From Eledone cirrhosa (taxonomy: Eukaryota), in the NCBI GenBank assembly GCA_964016885.1, contig OZ024745.1, positions 20,026,001-20,090,000 on the forward strand: a DNA stretch of 64,000 nt. Reading direction: 5' to 3'. The stretch's first letter is position 1, and the number at the start of each line of letters is the position of its first letter. The notes below the pieces were generated by a model, which worked only from the letters and a program-made list of their open reading frames with translations, made no database searches and was not told where the DNA came from. Made by a program: the position numbers and the translations under genes. Positions 50,852-61,456 of the stretch are shown here, in pieces.

Positions 50852-52226
50852 TTTTTTAAGTGTATGTACTTTTTTAAGTGTACACATTTTTTAAGTGTAC
50901 ATTTTTTTAAGTGTATGCATTTTTTAAAGTGTATGTATTTTTTAAGTGTATGTATTTTTTTAAGTGTATGTATTTTTTTAAGTGTATGTATTTTTTTAAG
51001 TGTATGTATTTTTTTAAGTGTATGTATTTTTTTAAGTGTATGTATTTTTTTAAGTGTATGTATTTTTTAAGTGTATGCATTTTTTTAAGTGTATGCATTT
51101 TTTTAAGTGTATGTATTTTTTTTAAGTATGTATTTTTTTAAGTGTATGTATTTTTTTAAGTGTATGTATTTTTTAAGTGTATGTATTTTTTAAGTGTATG
51201 CATTTTTTTAAGTGTATGCATTTTTTAAAGTGTATGCATTTTTTTAAGTGTATGTATTTTTTAAGTGTATGCATTTTTTTAAGTGTATGTATTTTTTAAG
51301 TGTATGTATTTTTTAAGTGTATGCATTTTTTTAAGTGTATGCATTTTTTTAAGTGTATGTATTTTTTTAAGTGTATGTATTTTTTTAAGTGTATGTATTT
51401 TTTTAAGTGTATGTATTTTTTTAAGTGTATGTATTTTTTAAGTGTATGTATTTTTTTAAGTGTATGTATTTTTTTAAGTGTATGTATTTTTTTAAGTGTA
51501 TGTATTTTCTAAGTGTATGTATTTTTTAAGTGTATGCATTTTTTAAGTGTATGTATTTTTTTTAAGTATGTATTTTTTTAAGTGTATGTATTTTTTTTAA
51601 GTGTATGTATTTTTTTTAAGTGTATGTATTTTTTAAAGTGTATGCATTTTTTTAAGTGTATGTATTTTTTAAGTGTATGCATTTTTTTAAGTGTATGTAT
51701 TTTTTAAGTGTATGTATTTTTTAAGTGTATGCATTTTTTTAAGTGTATGCATTTTTTTAAGTGTATGTATTTTTTTAAGTGTATGTATTTTTTTAAGTGT
51801 ATGTATTTTTTTAAGTGTATGTATTTTTTAAGTGTATGTATTTTTTTAAGTGTATGTATTTTTTTAAGTGTATGTATTTTCTAAGTGTATGTATTTTTTA
51901 AGTGTATGCATTTTTTAAGTGTATGTATTTTTTTAAAGTATGTATTTTTTTAAGTGTATGTATTTTTTTAAGTGTATGTATTTTTTTAAGTGTATGTATT
52001 TTTTTAAGTGTATGTATTTTTTAAGTGTATGTATTTTTTAAGTGTATGCATTTTTTTAAGTGTATGCATTTTTTTAAGTGTATGCATTTTTTTAAGTGTA
52101 TGTATTTTTTAAGTGTATGCATTTTTTTAAGTGTATGTATTTTTTAAGTGTATGCATTTTTTTAAGTGTATGCATTTTTTTAAGTGTATGTATTTTTTTA
52201 AGTGTATGTATTTTTTTAAGTGTACA
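50852..52226. repeat. 17-19-bp (modal 18) minisatellite
   Basis: Unit aagtgtatg(t/c)attttttt. Confidence 0.96.
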
Positions 52227-52260
52227 TGAATATTGCAATTTTTAAATGTTTTGGTGCTAT

Positions 52261-53265
52261 ACACACTTGAAGAGGCAGATTTTCAGGTCTTTACGAAGGT
52301 CCGACTTCCACACCGATCTCAAGCTGTGGCACGCCACCCAGGCTTTGCTCTTCCTCTCACCCACATCATCTTCCGTATTCCTAATCTTTGCTCCCAAATA
52401 CAGGAAGCCCTCAACCAATTCTAGCGGCTTCCCGCCTATATTAGTGATCCCCTCTGGCTTCTCAACATTCTCTACCAGATATTTTGTTTTAGTCTCATTC
52501 ATTCTCAGCCCCACACTCATCGACAGTCTCAACCTCCCGCATCAAATCCTCTGCCTTCTTCACTGTATTTGTCACCAAAACTATGTCGTCGGCAAATTCA
52601 GCATCTGATACCTTTTTCGCCTTAACTCTCCTGCTCTGAGCCGGTGCTACAGTAAAGCCAGAGTCCTGGTGTTTCTCCAGTGCAAGGCGCATACAATAGT
52701 CCACTACGATGATAAAAAGGTAGGGAGCCAATGTATCTCCCTGGAGCACTCCAGCCAGTATCTCAAAGAACTCTGTCATCCCATCAGGTGTAATGACTTG
52801 GGCTTCATTGCTGTAGTGGAGTCTGTGCTGCTGTACGAGTCTGAGACTGGGACACTGACCAAGAAACTCATTCAGATGGTGGATGGGTGCTACACGAGAA
52901 TGCTGAGGATGGCTCTGAACATTAATCAGTATACATTGAGGATGAAAAACTCAGAGCTGTATGGGAGCATCCCAAAAGTGACACAGAGGAGACTGAGGTT
53001 AGCTGGACATGCTCACTGACATCCAGAGTTGACATGCTCACTGACATCCAGAGTTGACATTGCACTCAGTGCTCCTGTGGGAGCCCCTACATGGACACAC
53101 TGGAAGAGGAAGACCAAGGTTAACGTATGTTGATGCCAAATAGACAGACACTGGTCTGTTGGAGACGCAGGACATGGCAGCTATAATGAGGGACGGAGAC
53201 CGCTGGAGAGAACTCGTCCATGGATCTCGGGAATTTTACCCACCCTAGACATAGACACACTTGAA
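52261..53265. mobile_element. 5'-truncated, 5'-inverted RTE-clade LINE insertion with an 11-bp TSD
   Basis: RT core on the minus strand at ~52268-52803 (GVLQGDTLAPYLF, FADD, FLYLG, LKICLF). It continues on the plus strand from ~52803 (IAVVESVLLY..RRLRLAGH..GRP). TSD acacacttgaa at 52261-52271 and 53255-53265. Confidence 0.9.
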
Positions 53266-53289
53266 AATATTAAAATTTATTGCAATAAA

Positions 53290-53655
53290 AATAAATATCC
53301 AGTAGTAAAAAAACAATTGTACAATATACATGGTAATAAGGAAACAAAAACAAAGAGAGGAAAATAAGAAAAAAAATAAGAAAAAAAAGGGAATTAAGTA
53401 ACAAAAGAAAGGAAATGGGGGAGGGTGTGACAGGCTCTACACCCCAGTTTGAGTGGTGTTTCATCTGCACCCACAGCTAAAATGGCAAAGGTATTACTGT
53501 GGAGAATGGCCAATGACACCTGCTGCAACAGATACTCCACCTCATGTGGCTCCTTCCTCAGGCAGGCTGTTGTCTTTCCAATGATTTTATGATGGAAATC
53601 AGCAGTGCAGGGCCCGAGGACTCCTGAAATCTCAATGGCAATCAGGAACATGGGG
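53290..53655 (-). mobile_element. CRE-like retrotransposon 3' end
   Basis: FLIAIEISGVLGPCTADF..EPHEVEYLLQQVSLAILHSNTFAIL, with a T-rich UTR shared with 4755-5100. Confidence 0.62.
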
Positions 53656-54319
53656 GAAATAAACCATCACAAGCTAAATCTTGTTGATGTAATTGTTGTT
53701 GTTCATAGCTGTATTGTTTTTCTAAGATGTGTTAGATTGATTGTGAATTCTTATTTAAAAAAAAAAAAAATTATTTTGAAGTATATTTTATATTGTTTTA
53801 AACATTCTTTGAAATATTCAAAAGCCTAATATATCAATGAAATGGATTTAAATATTGATTTAAATATTGATTTTCACCACAAAGAATGTTTTTGAAATAT
53901 TTATGGAATTCTTTAAAAAAAATACTATGAAGAGTTATTCAACAACAAAATTTGTGGCTGAAAACTGAGCGAACAACAATAAAAATTTCAATTAAAATTA
54001 TAATTACTTATAAATTCAAAGCTATTTGATTTTTGATTGTGATTAGACTTGTCATAATCTCACTTCCCTTATCTTTGTTCGTGATATTTTTAATAAAAAT
54101 CTATAGCTGCACCATAGCATGCTACAATAATAATTAGATTACTTGGGTTTAACATTTTAGTTTTAGTGAAGAGGAAGCTGAAAAAAACATTAAAGTTTGA
54201 TCATTTGAGTAGAGTTGATGATGACTGCCACCACGTTAGTTTACTAATTTAGTCAGGGAGGGAAGAGCAGTGCCCATGATCCTTTTCAGGGTCTCAGATG
54301 GTGAGAGAGATGAAAGGAG

Positions 54320-54518
54320 GTATCCAGAATTCTCTCACCTTTTTTCTGTTAAAACCGGCTGTAACTAGCCACTCATACTGATGTTAAGGTATTGTTCTCA
54401 AAATAAATAATACCAAAATCTCATAGATTCGATATTATGTGAGATAATTATGTGAGGTAAAGCTTTTACCGTGAAAATATAATAGTATATATAGAGCAAT
54501 GTAAATGCTAAAGGGTTA
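54320..54518. mobile_element. piggyBac-like MITE copy
   Basis: Matches 6200-6350 and continues uninterrupted to aatgctaaagggttaa. Confidence 0.75.
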
Positions 54519-54569
54519 AACTGGATACTTGGCCCCAAATGCAACAGGTTGACTACCTGGGTATCCACA

Positions 54570-54746
54570 GCTGGATTTAAACTCAGAACGTAAAGGACTA
54601 GAACAAATACTGCAAGGCACTTTTTCTGCTACTCTAATAATTCTATAATCCACTGGCACTTTGTTATCAACCCCAGAAGGATGAAAGGCAAAGTTGACCA
54701 TGGTGGGATTTAAACTCAGACCTCAAAGAGCTTGAACAAATACTGC
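54570..54746 (-). mobile_element. Nin/Deu SINE fragments (two partial heads)
   Basis: gatttaaactcaga twice; aaggatgaaaggcaaagttgacc. Confidence 0.6.
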
Positions 54747-56857
54747 TGAATCAGATGGAGACTGCTGCTTCTGACAGGACCCCTTGAAGGAGAGTTTCAT
54801 GGCCCTCTCAGGAATAAGTGGGTGAAGAAATTTCAAAAACGAAAACTGCATTATTTCTACATTTCATGTGGTAAATTAGATAAGAGAGCAGTTTCATGAA
54901 ATTTCATTGAAGGACCTGTAATAAAATATATTGAGTAAATTTTCAGCTGTTTATCTATAACATAGCTTCTTCTGTTTATATTTCTCATTCCAATTAGGAA
55001 TAGTAAATAACTAATTATATCTATTGAAGCTTATTCCAAGTTGTTATTTATTCTATAATTTCAGAGAACAACTATGATATTAGGTTTTACAAGAAAAATA
55101 TGGTTGAATATCTACATGGCATGATTAAGGGCTTAACTGATAAAATCTACTTGTGCTTTTTCAAATGAATTTAAATTATACCCAATTAAATTATCAATGT
55201 CACAGAATCGTTTTGAATATGGAATGTGTGAAGAGCACGTTTCCTTAACCTGCATAATATCAAACTATAACAACCTATCAAACCCACAATAGCATGGAAA
55301 ACGGTTGGATGATGATGATGATGATGATGATTGAGGTTGTTAATTTACTTAATCACTTTAAGAATATATTATATTACCTCATTAATAGATTGCAGAAAAC
55401 TGTGATCCATGATTAGGATTTGGGTGCGTTTTAACATTTTCTTATGTGTTACAGTTGTGGCATTCTCTGTTAACTCTAGATCTTCATTAGTTTAGATAAA
55501 AGCTTTGATGTCAATTAATCGGTGTTAGGAAACCTATCATAATACTGATCAAAATTCAATATCATCATCATTTAATGTCAGTTTTTCCCTCCTAACAAGA
55601 GTTGGACAGGTCGCCACAGACCAAATCAGTACTCAGTCAGAGACACTGATCTTGCACTGTGTATTTTATCATGGTACCAGCACTAGGAAGGTCATCATGT
55701 CTTTTGTACAACTGAAGATTTCTCTAAACATTTTTAGTCTGGTTGCTGCAGCTTGATGCCCCTCCTATCACCAACCACCTTTCAGATTGAACTGGATGCC
55801 ATATTTTGTGGCGCCATCACTAGAGAGGTTGTTATGTCATGACTGAAGAGTCCTCTAAACCCTGTTATTGAAGGATTGATATCAGTTATACTGATTACGG
55901 CACTTCATTACTACTTGGTGCACAGTATTTTGGCTATAAGTATAACATAGTACCAGCGATGTGATATGGTCATCAAACATTTTGGTGATTAGATTGGCAC
56001 TGTGTCAACATAGCCAACTGTAGCTCTTAATTTATAATAGTGATTTGTTAATTCTCATTTTTCTTGAGAGATGAAAGTTTTGTTTGATTACTATCTTTGT
56101 AGAGCAGTACATAAAAGTGGATGCTTTGTTATTCTTGAATTACTCATATATCTCTAGTAGAGTAGCTTTCTTTTAAATGCTATATTTCTTGAAGGACAGA
56201 AACTTGTGTATATGTATGTATTATCAATAACCTATAGTCTATCTCTTGAAATTGCATTCAATGTAAATTTTTCTCTTCTTTTGTCTCTAACAAAGTGCAT
56301 TTGATTTGTCAAAATTCAATATTATGTCGACAGTGTTATGGCGTTTTAGCAGACTTGGCAATGACTAAAGCTATTTGTAGATGCTGTGAAGTGCTGCTAT
56401 AGATTACTAGAAATTCTAGTAAATTCTGATAACAATTTGGATAGATAAATCAAGAAATGGCCCAATAAATGTTGAGTGTTCATAGCAAACGAAATAAACT
56501 GAATGAAAATGTGGAACAGTGAAAATTCTAACTCCTCTTTATATTTCAACACCTCTCTGTGCTACCTTAATCAAAAATGTAGATAGAGTATGTGTTTCAA
56601 CACAATATATGATTGTAACCTAAAATAGAATTGTTGGAATGATGCAAGCTGTACTTAGTTCTAATTAATCTATTTTTGTTGAATTTGTTAATGAACTTCA
56701 GGGATTTTTGTAGGACTGGTATTTAATACTTTCTAATTAGATCTTGTATTTAGAAATTAATGGTTTCTGAAATTAATGTTGTATAATCACCATCACAGTT
56801 GTCATTCTCATCTTCATTGTTTTAATGTTTTTTCCCCCTCCATGCTACTGTCAGTAT

Positions 56858-57140
56858 GGAGGTGTATGGCCTGGTGGTAAGGGTGTTGGACTTAAGATCA
56901 TAATGTTGTGTGTGCGATTCCTGGATTGAGTGTGTGATGTGTTCTTGAACAAAACACTTCATTTCATATTGCTCCATTATATTCAGCTGAAAATGAGTGC
57001 CAGCAGTAGCTGGGGGTTTGTCCCTATGATGGACTGGCATCCTATCCAGGGAGAGAGTTTTGTACTCTCAGTCACTTAATGCACTAAAACTGGGGTAAAC
57101 ACTGACCTGATGAGCCTCTGGGCTTGAGACAGATTTTAGA
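56858..57140 (+). mobile_element. Meta/MESC-like tRNA SINE
   Basis: Head ggaggtgtatggcctggtggtaagg, middle cttgaacaaaacact, tail ccctatgatggactggcatcctatccaggg. Confidence 0.7.
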
Positions 57141-57770
57141 ATTATTTTTTTTAAGAACTACTATCAGTTATATTTTTTTGGCACTATTACATCTCTCCAT
57201 CTTGTAGTATCTTATCCATGACACATGTAGATATGTGTTTTGTTACTTCCTCCTAAGCCTGCCTTGGTTTATCTACCATGGACTACCATCTTTTAGTTAT
57301 TCTGAAATTTTTCAGCCAGCTTGTGTCATTTATTTGCCATTCTTGCGCATAGCAGACCAGTAATTTCTTCTGCACATCTCTACTGCCCTGCTGCTGCCTC
57401 TATTTCAGAAGCAGTACATTGTTGTTGTTTATCTTACAGCCCCATCTTACTTCATTCCTCTTTAGTCGATGCTGCTCTTATCAGTTCATTACAAATAGTT
57501 TAGCTATACATATGATTTCATATAGTATATTATACGTGTATAATGTTTATGAGGGTAGATCATCAGATAAACAGCCTTGTTTTCAGATCAAATTCCACCA
57601 CAGTCAACTTTGGTTGACATTCCTCCAAAGTCAATAAAGTACAATTAATATATCAATATATCAGGAGTGAATTTATTCAACAATATTTCAAGTATCATAT
57701 CTATTGACAGGTCGCAGATTTTTACTTTAAAAAATGAACATGAAAACTTGAATGAGACTTATCTACTGTA

Positions 57771-57931
57771 CGAGGGTCGACTGAAAAGTGTATAGGCTAT
57801 GAAGAAGTGATGCTAGAGCTGTGAAATCTTGCATGCATTAATTTCAACTCTTCTAATTAACAATGCAATTACATTGTTTCTTTTCATCCTTCCATGAGAC
57901 TATCTTGGTCAGCTTATGAACCTTTCAGCTG

Positions 57932-57934
<3 letters not shown>
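57771..57934. mobile_element. Mariner-type MITE, family M1 (opposite orientation)
   Basis: TA-CGAGGGTCGACTGAAAAG..; internal reverse-complement match; the right end runs into (TG)n. Confidence 0.8.
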
Positions 57935-57979
<45 letters not shown>

Positions 57980-57997
57980 GTGTATATATATATATAT

Positions 57998-58810
57998 AGA
58001 GAACGGGATGGAAAAAGTTCAGAGAGCTAATACCGCTGTTGGCCACAAGAGGTTTTTCTCTAAAAATGAAAGGCAAATTGTATGATGCATGTATACAAAC
58101 GGCGATATTACATGGTAGTGAGACTTGGGCATTGTGTGCTGAAGACCTGCGTAGATTAGAAAGAAATGAAGCTTGCATGCTCCGATGGATGTGTAATAGT
58201 AACGTGCATGAAAGGCGAAGCATAAACGAACTAAGAGGGAGACTAAGCATAAGAGGTATCAAATGTTGTGTTCTGGAGAGGAGATTGCGTTGGTATGGAC
58301 ATGTGATGTGTATGAAGGACAACAGTTGTATAAAAAAGTGCAGGGCAATGAAAATTGATGGAAGCCGTGGAGTGGGTAGACCAAGAAAAACCTGGGATGA
58401 GGTGATAAAAACTGACCTTGCCCACCTACACCTCTCTAAGACAATGACACTGGATCGAGACCTTTGGTGCCATACAGAAGACCCGACAGCCATTGCATAC
58501 AAACCTACAGTCAGTATGCACCTCTGAATTTAATGTACACCCCACCTCCTACCACACACCCTCCCTCTCCCGTTCCGTCTGCTGTGTCGATGACACAACA
58601 TTCCACACTGTACTTGGCCGTGTAAGAGTGAAAAGGCTCCCAGTCCACACTGTAAATGTGGTTGGTGTTAGGTCATCCAGCTGTAAAAAAAAACCTGCCA
58701 GAGACGCTTCCGTGCGAGCGAGACATGGTCTCCTGACCATTCCCGCATCAAATGAAACAAAACCGTCTAACCCATGCTAGCATGGAAGATGGATGTTAAA
58801 TGATGATGAT
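57998..58810 (+). mobile_element. 5'-truncated RTE copy related to the element at 1-2137
   Basis: RTGWKKFRELIPLLATRGFSLKMKG..GRPRKTWDE closely matches the 3-1628 protein; UTR and (gat)n tail; TA repeats on both sides. Confidence 0.92.
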
Positions 58811-58835
58811 ATATATATATACATATGTATGTATG

Positions 58836-59181
58836 TAAAAGGTAAACAGAAATAACACAATCGGTACAGTATATGGAAGGTATATATTAGGTTAACGCTT
58901 GATATAGCAGGAAGAGGGTCTTAACGTTTCGGACGCTAGTCCTTCATCAGAAGAAAGAATGAGAAATAAAATAGATTGAGGGGACGGGCGGGATGGAATT
59001 GGAAAACATTTCTTTAGATAAATATAACAGGTCCATTCATGTTGACATCTCTTGCAAAACTGTTGGTGCTGGCATTTTGTGTATGATTTACTATTTTAGA
59101 AAAGTGGATGATGGAACGCGTCTACCTGAAACGGAAACAAAAACGTTTTGTAAAAAGAGCTATACTTGAACACGTGCGTAA

Positions 59182-59220
<39 letters not shown>

Positions 59221-60541
59221 TTATTATAGGTCCGTACGAAGCTAAGAAGAAATGTGTGTATATGTGAGTAAAAGAGTGTGTGTGCATGTAAGTACAAAGC
59301 TATGAGCAAAAGTATGTTAATATAAGGGTGTGTATCGGCATGTATTATTAGTAAGAGAAGCTGCTAATGATCAAGAGAAAGCGATAGGAATCTAGGGGTG
59401 TGATAATGGACGAGGTATTAGAGAAATTGTGGAGGTGAGTTGAGTCCAAAAGGGGAATAGGACCCAAGACGGTGAATCAGACTTTGTTCAGTCCTGGTGC
59501 GCGAGGCCTGTGATCCATGACGTAAAAGGACACCCAGGACTAAAGCATGTAGGGAAGAATGACCAGGAGAACAGAAATGACGGGTGACAGGAGTATCCAA
59601 ACTGAGTCGTATATCCCTCAAATGTTCGTCAAAACGGTCCGCCATACGGCGTCCCGTTTGTCCGATATATAAAGACCCGCAAAGGGAACACCGGAGGGCA
59701 TAGACAACGTGGGTGGATGTGCAGGTGAAGGAATGGCGGATACGGAAACACCCGTTAGGGCCTGTAAGGGTGGTGAGGGTGGAAATAAAGGGACAAGTGT
59801 TGCAGCGGGAACGGGAACAAGGATGAGAGCCGGTTGGAGTCGTGGGAGAGGACGGAAAGAACTGCGAACCAGGAGGTCGTGCTTAAAAGCAGTAATGGGT
59901 GGGTTTGGAAAAAAGAGAGAAGTGACGGGGTCAGAAGAGAGGATACGGAACGAACGGAGGATATGTCGCCGGTGGTAGGGTGATGGGGTGGTAGGTGAGA
60001 GGGAAGGGAACATGAGTGTTGGGAGGGCGGGGGTGAGGTGAGAGGGCTGTGGTGCAGTCTGTTTCACGGGCGCGGGTGAGAGCAGCTTGAGTCAGGGTGG
60101 AGGGATAACCACCCTGTATGAAGCAGGAAGCCATGCGAAGGGAATGGGTTTCGAAATCATTGTCCTGGCTACAGAGTCGACGAGAATGGAGGAATTGGGA
60201 ATAGGGTATGGAGTGTTTGGTGTAGGTTGGATGGTAGGAGGTGAAGTCGAGATAAGATTGGGAGTCTGTTGGTTTAATGAAGATGGAAGTAGAGAGGGTG
60301 TGGTGAGAGTGATTAATAGATAGAGAGATATCTAGAAAAGTGACAGAAGAACTGGAGACGGAGGCGGTGAAATTGAGAGCAGGATGGAAAGATAGGACAA
60401 AAGAAAGAAAACAGTTGAGCTGTTCTTGTGATAGAGAGGTGGCGTCGATACAGTCATCGATATAACGACCGTATAGCTCAGGAGTCGGTCAAGCGTACTG
60501 GGAGAAGATCTGGGCTTTGACGTAGCCAACAAACAAGTTGG
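58836..60541 (-). mobile_element. Decayed Penelope-like retroelement (RT C-terminal half, Cys-rich linker, GIY-YIG endonuclease, 3' non-coding region)
   Basis: Minus strand reads RYIDD (YIDD at 60453-60464), KPTDSQSYLDFTSYHP..SIPYSQF, PCSRSRCNTC, VVYALRCSLCGSLYIGQTGRRMADRFDEH..RHF..GLN*. Contains stops and frameshifts; 3' boundary approximate. Confidence 0.9.
58919..58954 (-). ncRNA. Minimal type I hammerhead ribozyme motif of the Penelope-like element
   Basis: Minus-strand RNA: UCUU-CUGAUGA-A-GGAC-UAGC-GUCC-GAAA-CGUU-AAGA. Catalytic core, stem II and stem I are intact; stem III is palindromic (ACGU). Confidence 0.8.
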
Positions 60542-60856
60542 CATCATCATCATCATCATCAACGTTTAACGTCCGTGTTCCACGCTTGCATGGGTTTGGA
60601 CGGGGGTTTTCCCACTTGAGGCAAGAGTGTTTGTCTTGCTCGCATAGGACTATCTGGCGGGTTTTCTACAGCTGGATGCCCTTCCTAACACCAACCACAT
60701 TTACAGTGTGGGGCTGGGAGGTTTTTACCGTGTTGCCTACACGGCCACATTACAGCGTGGACTGTCTGGCAGGTTTTCTACAGCTGGATGCCCTTCCTAA
60801 CACCAACCACATTTACAGTGTGGGGCTGGGAGGTTTTTACCGTGTTGCCTACACAA

Positions 60857-60858
<2 letters not shown>
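60542..60858 (-). mobile_element. Young RTE 3' UTR copy abutting the Penelope fragment
   Basis: Reverse complement is nearly identical to ~1820-2125, including the internal duplication; followed by (TA)n. Confidence 0.9.
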
Positions 60859-60912
<54 letters not shown>

Positions 60913-61456
60913 CCCAAACAGTTAATAGCTGTTTAATTTTTTAATCAGAGTGTACTGTAACCAGAGTACTTTCACTAGGCTTTCCTCACTACCAAAAAAT
61001 ACATCACCTAAATTAACAGAACCAAGCTACTACCTTTTTGCAAGTTAGCTATATTAGTCCATTGTTCAGTTTTGTCTGCTTCTGTTGTCAACCAGTCAAG
61101 CACTACAATACAATCTGGTGTATCTAAAATTCTGGTTCTGTCAGCCAGCCTACTAATGAACCATTTATTTTTATCTAGTTTTGTACTGAATATATAGTTG
61201 TAACTGATTTAGTTTCCCCAGAAAACAATGTCATCTTCTACCTGCTACTACCCTACTGTATTGTAGTTTCTTTTGTCACTAACTGCTATCTTTGTCTTTC
61301 ACAACAACAATAATAATGAATGATGTTGGATCTATAATTGATTGAGTCTCATTCAGTATGTTGATGTCACTTATTTTATGAGTACTGCAGGGTACCGGAG
61401 GGCGAACAACAAAATTGAACCCATTAACATTTGAACCAATCCTTCTGTTTTACTCT

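Noticed and set aside
57105-57135. CTGATGAG followed by a small hairpin, as a second hammerhead
   Set aside because: No GAAA core or closing stems; it is part of a SINE tail.
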